Origin: Amoebidium appalachense
Taxonomy: Eukaryota; Protista; Ichthyosporea
Reading direction: 5' to 3'
Assembly (NCBI GenBank): GCA_963693365.1
Contig: CAVNZM010000012.1
Span: 2,294,001-2,358,000, forward strand
Length of the DNA stretch: 64,000 nucleotides
The notes under the pieces are model-generated. The model searched no databases. It was not told where the DNA came from and worked only from the letters and a program-made list of their open reading frames with translations. Position 1 is the stretch's first letter, and each line of letters starts with the position of its first letter. Below, piece after piece: positions 56,214-64,000 of this stretch. The translations under genes and the position numbers were made by a program.

Positions 56214-57626
56214 GTTGTTGTGTAACGTTGCATGCCAGGGCCCTTCCAGCAAGTGCAAACGAAGGTGTATGCTGGATTTTCCTGTTGGGCTATCACTAAA
56301 ATGGCTACAACGTAGCCGATGCAGTAATTCTGCTCTCCTTTAAGATTACTAAAGAGTGCGTAGCTTCATCAACAGTTCTCCAAGGTTCGGGGCTATGAGT
56401 GTTGGGTGGTGGATGGGTTTGTCCCTTTCGGGGTTGGGGTTTGGGGGTTTAAAGGGGGGGGGAGAGGGGGTTGTTGTCACAACAGTGAACTAATTTTTTT
56501 TTTTTTTTTTTTTTTTTTTCTTTTGACTGGATTAATCAAAATATCAAAGCGTCGCTAGAGCCTAGCAGTTTCCTCTCACGCACAGCTACACACAAGACTT
56601 GGAAAAACGAAAAAAAAGTTGGAAAAACGGTTCAAGGGCCGGACGTCCGAAGTGACACCGTGATGTGATAACGGCCAACCACTTTATGATTGGCGGAGGA
56701 AGTATCACTTACATAAGCCTAGCATGTACGCACCAAGTCTATGATGAAACCAAGGAAGAATCATGTGAATGTGACGTAACTTTCTTACCGTTAGACTACA
56801 TTGGAATGCGGGATGATTAGATTCGTCCATAGAAGCAATAAATCGAACCAATTTGATTGGATGTGCAATTGATCTTGGCATGTATTCTGCATGCCAGACT
56901 GATCAAAAGTTTTTGCACGCAACAACACAGGTGCAAGTAAACGCGTTACTGCATATTGCCAGCAAGGAAATGCAAAATAAATAAAAAAAAAATGAAGCGA
57001 TTCTAATCATATAATGATGCTATCTTGCTAACCAGGAACATGCTTCAAATACATTGTACCACACTGAGAAAATCCGGGATCTGGGCCCGTGTGCACTGTG
57101 GTTTGTCCCCCTTCTTGATCATCTTCCCCAGGCTGAACCCCAAAAGGAATCTTCAAAAGGAGTGGTACAAGAATTAAAGATTACTTTTTTTCTTTCAACA
57201 GTAGTTCGTAAGACAAATTTTTAGTGTACTTTCCGAACTAGATACTTTTTTGAGTGAAAAATAGTGTTATATTTTATCATTTACATGCTGGCTAAGGTCC
57301 CGGGCCAGGCGGCAGGCGCGCCGCGCTTCTTAGTCTTCTGGTGAAATTTGCAAACGAAGGGTTTGGAAGGAATGCTGCTGGATGTCACTGTGTCACAGCG
57401 ACGGTCCTCCACGCATGTTCAACGATAGTGTTTGGATATTGTAGTGCATGTGTCACAGAAAGTAGTTGACTTCTGTAGTATAGTACGTATAGTCTCTCAT
57501 AATAACATCAGACAGAACAAGCCAGCTTCGTCGTGTTGGTGTTACTCCTGCTGATCTCTACCATGATAGGCAGTATACAGCGTTTCCTATGCACTTGTAT
57601 GCATTGTGTTACAGCAGTCAGCAATT

Positions 57627-59078
57627 AGGGTCCGGTCTAGATGACGTCACAGTGCGGCCCAGATCGGCATCTGGGCCAAGCATTTTGGCGCGAAAGTTAC
57701 GTAATTGTTGCTGGCAGGAGCTGGCAGGAACCAAGGGAGATTACGAGGCCTTGGCAGGAACATGTTGACCCCAAAACGAAAAACGTACGGTAGCAGGGAG
57801 AGCCTGCCGGGCCCCGGCGAGGGCCTACGGTCATTACGGAGTTGAAAGGTGTTATGAAGGTTTCTGGGGCTCATCACTAAGAAAAAAAGTCTTTACCATC
57901 TAACAATCTTAAGTTGCTAGTTAGCGACTTTTGCTTTAGATGCTGCAAGTGCAGCGTTGACAAGCATAAAGTTCTGCATGGAGTCATAGGCTACAAACCA
58001 AACACGAGAGTTAGCAGAACTTCTACACGCCAGCGAAAGTCTTGACATGTTAGTGTTACCAAAAAAATATAAAGAGTAAATTGTGGGCAGGTTCAACACA
58101 GGAAGTAGGGTTTTAACGGGGTAGAGAAGCAATCCCCGCATATTGGTACAATAGTGCAGTTCCTCTTTCAACACAGCGAGAAAAACAACTGAGAATAGAA
58201 GCGGCGAGAACGCCATAATGAGCAGGTTGAAAGCCACGAGAAGCGCTTATATAGCGCGCAAAGGGAGGAGGACCAGAGAGTTGCTGAATTTGAAAGAATC
58301 TTGTTAGCTCAGTTACTGTTAAGTCTATGACTCGTGTTGCCCTGACAAGTTTGCAGCCAGAGGGTGTGGAAAAAGTAACCACCCCCCCCCCCCTCCTCTT
58401 CCCCCCCCCTCCCCCCCCCCCCCCCCCCCCGGCCAATTTCTCTCTCTCTTCCCCCTCCTCACTTTCCGCCTCGTTCCCTTCCTTCCCCCTCCTCTATTGC
58501 TGTAAGCTTCTTCTTCGCTACACAGTGTAAACCTGGCATTTTGACTGCCTAAACAGTTCCTCCCCCCTTCCCCCTCCCTCCCCTCCCCACCTCCCCCACG
58601 GGCACTGAACCAACACTCTCCCCCTCCCCCCTCCCCAACTCCTCTCCCCCTCCTCTCTCTCTCTCCTTCCCCCTCCCCCCTGCTGGCCCCCTTTCTCCCC
58701 CCTGCCGCCCCACTTTTACTTCTTCTCTCTTCCCCCCCCCGTCTCCCCTCCCCCCCCTTTCCCTCAGCCCCCTCCGCTCCCTTTCCTTTCTCTCCTCTAG
58801 ATCTACAGCGCCATGATTTTATTAGTACTTGTGTGCACGCTACGGCACACTGCGCGCACACACAGTGCGACACCCACCCACACCCACACCCACCCACCCC
58901 GGGCCACACACACACACACGCTGTGCGCGCCAAACACACACACACACAAACACCGCGTACACACCGACACCCACACACACACACCAACCCACACATCCCA
59001 CCCACACCCACCCACCCCACACACCGTACACACACAGACACGCGCACACGCACATGCAAACACACACACACATACACA

Positions 59079-59140
<62 letters not shown>

Positions 59141-59386
59141 GTGGTACAGTAGTGCACACAACCCTAGATTCTTTGCAAAATCTAGTTCACTCTGGCTAAA
59201 GATGGTCTCTCACTTTCCGCAAAACAACCTTACTTCTGTAGCCAAAGGCCTTCCCTCTCCTTTCCTCCCCTCTCTAGATCTAAAGCACCGTGCTTCATGC
59301 GTGTACGTGTGTGCACGCCAGATACACTGTGCGCGCACATACACACCCACACCCACAAGGCACAAACACACACACACACACACACA

Positions 59387-59428
<42 letters not shown>

Positions 59429-59449
59429 GACACACACTGGCTCAAACAC

Positions 59450-59485
<36 letters not shown>

Positions 59486-59532
59486 GCGCGCGCACACACA
59501 CACAAACAGACATACATACAGAGACAAACACA

Positions 59533-59579
<47 letters not shown>

Positions 59580-59612
59580 TGTGGCACACACAAACACACA
59601 AACGCAGACACA

Positions 59613-59653
<41 letters not shown>

Positions 59654-60153
59654 TGTGGCACACACAAACACACAAACGCAGACACACAAACACACACACA
59701 CGCAGATGGACACACACACCCACATGACTCGCACAGATTAGTGTACCACACCCCTAGATCTTCTGCAAGATCACTCCGCTAAAAGCATCTCTCGCTTTCC
59801 GCAAAATTTCCTCACGACCACTTTGGCTCTGTAGGTGAGGGCCATAGCTTGTTCTCGGCTGTTGCTGCCTTCTTGCAATGATCTGACAACTTCCGCCCAT
59901 GTTTGACCACCCCCCAACAGGAACTTCGCACAGTTAAAGATCGTCCACCGGCCGCCAGTTTGGGAGCAGAAATCCTTTATACAGAACGCATACGCTCTTC
60001 TGTTTCTTGTTTACCCTATGTTGGTAACTAGCATTTAGTAACAGAGAGAAGAATACTTTCACTTGGTCATACAAGTGGTCATACATACTCGGCCCCGCCT
60101 GCCCAGATGCTTGGCCCAGATCGCAATTAGTGACGTCATTTAGACCGGACCCT
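57627..60153. mobile_element. Non-autonomous TIR element, ~2.5 kb
   Basis: TIR AGGGTCCGGTCTA(G/A)ATGACGTCAC at both ends, plus an inner ATCTGGGCCAAGCAT match. Flanked by AATT on each side (57623-57626, 60154-60157). No intact ORF. Confidence 0.82.
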
Positions 60154-60425
60154 AATTATTTCACCATGTTGTTGTAGAGTCACGTTCACACACACAGGCA
60201 TATTGGAGCAGTTACGTCGCAGTTTCCACAGCTCTCTAGGAAGAGCGGTGGCATAATAGCCGTCTGCGAACTTTTCCACGTTACTTGAACCGCACTACAG
60301 TTCGTGATCAGGATCACCGACTCGCAGCTGACCGGAACTGCCTCCCGGTTATCCGATGGGCACCCAAGATTCGTCATAGACAAGGATTCGCTCCTGTTTT
60401 TTTCTTTTTCTTTTTAATTGTAGAA

Positions 60426-63082
60426 ATGCCACGCCCAATCTTCGTTTTATCACTTGCCCTTCTTGGGACAAGCGGTTTCTGCGCAGGTGCACCAACCATT
60501 ATTACGGCCGCATCAGCAGTGGATTCCAATCAGCATGGCGCAAATAAAGCGCATTTCCGACGAGAGGCAACACCCACCTCACAAGCAGACTACCAAAAGT
60601 GGCTTGCAGAGCAGAATGAGCGCCTCAGGCAGCAATTTTTGCAGGCCGTAGCAGGGCAAGAGGCGCCAGCACCACAGCCGGTGGCCGGTGCGGCCGACCA
60701 GACTCAACCTGTTTCGGCAGCCGGACAAGGGGTGCCTGTTACTCCGCCGAGCACCCAGGACCTGTCTGCAGCGCAGCAACAACAGCAGCAGCAAGCAGCT
60801 CTCCAGCAGCAGCAGCAGCAGCAGGCTGCGTTGCAACAACAACAGCAGCAAGCAGCTCTCCAGCAGCAGCAGCAGCAGCAGGCTGCATTGCAACAACAAC
60901 AGCAGCAGGCTGCATTGCAACAACAACAGCAGCAGGCTGCTTTGCAACAACAACAGCAGCAGGCTGCTTTGCAACAACAGCAGCAGGCTGCTGTGCAACA
61001 ACAACAGCAGCAGGCTGCTTTGCAACAGCAACAGCAGCAGGCTGCTTTGCAACAACAACAGCAGCAGGCTGCTTTGGAACAACAACAGCAGCAGGCTGCT
61101 TTGCAACGACAACAGCAGCAGGCTGCTTTGAAACAACAACAGCAGGCTGCTTTGCAACAACAACAGCAACAACAACAGCAGGCTGCCCTGCAACAACAAC
61201 AGCAGCAGCAGCAGGCTGCTTTGCAACAACAGCAGCAAGAAGCTGCCCTTCGCCAGCAACAACAAGCTGTCGTTCAGCAGCAGCAACCACAACAGGCCAC
61301 CGCTCCCGTGCAGCAGCAGCAGGCAACCACCTTTACCCCACAACAGCAGGCTGTTTTGCAACAACAACAGCAAGCTGCCTTGCAACAACAGCAGCAGGCT
61401 GCCCTGCAACAACAACAACAGCAGCAGGCTGCCCTGCAACAACAGCAGCAGCAGCAGGCTGCTTTGCAACATCAACAGCAGCAGGCTGCCCTCCAACAAC
61501 AGCAGCAGCAGCAGGCTGCTTTGCAACAACAGCAGCAGCAGGCTGCCTTGCAACAACAGCAGCAGCAGGCTGCCCTGCATCAACAACAGCAGGCCGCCTT
61601 GCAACAACAACAGCAGGCTGCCTTGCAACAGCAGCAGCAGGCTGCTTTGCAGCAGGCGGCGCTCCGCCAGAGACAGAAAGAGCAGGCTCTTCTTCGTCAG
61701 CAACAGCAAGCCGCTTTGCTGCAACAACAGCAACAGCAAGCCGCCTTGCAACAACAACAACAACAAGTGGCTCTTCAGCAGCAACAGCAGGCAGCACTCC
61801 TTCAGAAGCAGCAGCAGGAAGCAGCCCTCCGCCGGCAACAACAGCAGGAGGCATTGCGACAGCAGCAAGCGGCTTTACGGCAACAACAGCAGCAGGCAGC
61901 CCTTTTGCAGCAGCAGCAGCAGGCACTTCTCCAGCAACAACAACAGCAACAAGCCATCGCCGCAGCACCGGCCAGTCCCAGCCCTGTAGCTGCCGCAGCC
62001 CTTAGTGATGGGGTTCTTTTCCATAACCAAGCCGTTGGTGACGAGATTCCATCATCATCCACCAGTACCGATTCCTCTACTTCTGCAGAAGAGTCCACCA
62101 CAACATCAACCGAATCCACCTCCAATTCTGAAAGTTCCACCTCAGCTGAAACGACAACAGCGGCTTCTACGGACACACAAACCACATCATCTTCAGAATC
62201 TTCGGTATCATCTGTCTCGTCTTCGCAAACCACCACATCAACTAAGAGCACGGCGTCAATTAACAGCAGCGAAACTGGGTCAACGTCGGTCAGTTCATCG
62301 CAAAGCTCAGTTAGCTCAGCCACTTCGACCACCACCACTACTTCACCATCCACCACGAAAACCACCACATCAACCAAAGCACCCACAACCACCACGAAGG
62401 TAACCACCACCACCACCACCACAACAACAACAACAACACGCAAAACCACCACCCGCATTATTCTTCAGACCACTAAAGCAAATACATCGGCTTCTGCTAG
62501 CTCGACGGCAGTTCCTCCCCCAACACCACCCACCATTGCGACACCAGCCGCTGAAGCAGCGTCAGCCAGTCTACCAGTCCCAACAACCAGCACACCGGTT
62601 GACCAAGCTATTCCTCAGAACTTAGGCCTTTCTGGTCTTCAAGGAAACAGCGCAGGTGGTGGTTCATTTCAACCAGTTTCAAATCCCCAACCGAATAACG
62701 CAGCACCCGCTCAATCTCAACCCCAAGGAGGGGCTGCCGGTGGGGCACCGGGTGGTGCAAATACCGGTCAGTTGGTTCCGCAAGGAAACGGAACGGGGCC
62801 TGCGGCTGTAAGGTTGTTGTTTGCTACACCGCGTACGATTGGTGACGCCGGATCACCAAACATCACTGTGGTCATTCCCGATGGGCTGAAGTATTTGGGT
62901 GTCTTCCCAGAAGGTGTGTTTGCTGCTACCTCCCCTTTACCCGTCCCCAGCACACACTACCACCACCACAATGCACTTTGAATATGCTACCCCCCCCCCC
63001 CCCCCCTCCACACACACACTCACACACACACACACACACACACACAGACCACCCCTCCCCTTCTTTACCTTCTTTTCTTTTC

Positions 63083-63119
<37 letters not shown>

Positions 63120-63531
63120 TTGGGGGGGGGGGGGGGGGGATGGGGGGGTTTGGGTCCCATGTGATATTCTTTTGACATATTTTCCACTCTGTCTCGAACG
63201 CTCTGATTCGTATCGGGAGAGCTTGATGTCTGCCCCCCCCCCCCCCCCCCCCTCCTCCTCCTCCTCCTCCTCCTCCCTCTCCCCCTTTCCCTTCCCGCGT
63301 CTCTCTCTGAACACCCTCTTGTCATGGACTAACCAGTCGTGGTTTTCTTCTTCAGCATACCTCGGCCCCGGCAAGCGGCTGCACAGCAACGTGGGGCAGA
63401 AGTTGGTTGGGGGCTGTGGGTTCAATCTTGAGATGCAGGGGGATGGCAATGTGGTGCTCTATAACGGTGAGGGCGTCACCCTGTGGGCATCGGCTACATG
63501 GGATGTCGGTGCCGGCCCGTACTTCCTCGAG
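60426..63531 (+). CDS. Secreted poly-Q / Ser-Thr mucin-like protein with bulb-type (GNA-like) mannose-binding lectin domain; 3' end outside the window
   Basis: ATG 60426 followed by a signal peptide (MPRPIFVLSLALLGTSGFCAG), HFRR-EA, ~400 aa of (AALQn) repeats and an S/T stalk. Exon 1 ends at 62913. Exon 63356-63531 encodes LEMQGDGNVVLY (QxDxNxVxY) and LWASAT. Confidence 0.8.
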
Positions 63532-64000
63532 GTGGGTGGAAACATCTAAAACATCCACACGTTCCGTTATCAACAGGCTCGCATACGTCCCCACACACAC
63601 ACCGCTCCCACCCGTGCATCCACCACCACACACACACACACACTTACAGGCAAAAGATCTAATAGGTGTTCATACCTCCAAGGCGCGCCAACCTGCCTGT
63701 CTCCTTGCTAGCATGAACACGCCTACAATCAATATCGACATGTAGAAGGTTTTTTATTGTTTTATTTGGGGGGGGGAGGGGGGGGGGTTCTATGTTTGCT
63801 TTTCCGAAACATTTTGAGCATATCCCATGCAAAAAAAGAACTGCTGTCCAGACTGAGTGTCACCTTTCCCTTCCCTTTTGAAACTCGTCTATACACACAT
63901 TTCCCAACAATTCATATCACACGGCACAGAGCCCATCACTTTCCCCCAACCACTCATTCTCTTGTTGTTTTTCCATCCATCAAAATTGTATCCTGACGCT

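Noticed and set aside
60285-60425. N-terminal extension of the 898-aa ORF
   Set aside because: It starts at a TTG. The ATG at 60426 directly precedes a signal peptide and is the better start.
60579-61868. 429-aa poly-Leu ORF on the - strand
   Set aside because: It is the antisense shadow of the CAG/CAA repeat.

Overview
Intron-rich eukaryotic DNA, probably a unicellular opisthokont/holozoan (inferred from the gene content). Introns are packed with poly(C)/poly(G) and (CA)n/(CT)n tracts, which generate almost all of the low-complexity ORFs in the track. I reconstructed seven genes by hand, using GT-AG boundaries: a plant/FAE1-type 3-ketoacyl-CoA synthase (-), a Gi/o-class G-protein alpha (-), an intronless divergent tandem-RRM-like protein (-), MICOS Mic19/CHCHD3 (+), an SR/RD-rich RRM protein with a frameshift (-), a Rap1GAP-family protein (-), and a secreted poly-Q/mucin/bulb-lectin protein (+, runs off the window). 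Mobile DNA includes a full-length young Ty1/copia element with a gag frameshift and two non-autonomous TIR elements. The most novel-looking signal is a two-subfamily, ~270-350 nt non-coding repeat present in 10 copies. Nine copies share the 3' end GCATTCAA(A) followed by poly(C), and the tenth is decayed. Copies are variably 5'-truncated, keep a multi-stem RNA fold between subfamilies, and always lie in an intron co-oriented with the host gene. This is a candidate poly(C)-targeting structured retroposon or mobile intronic RNA.
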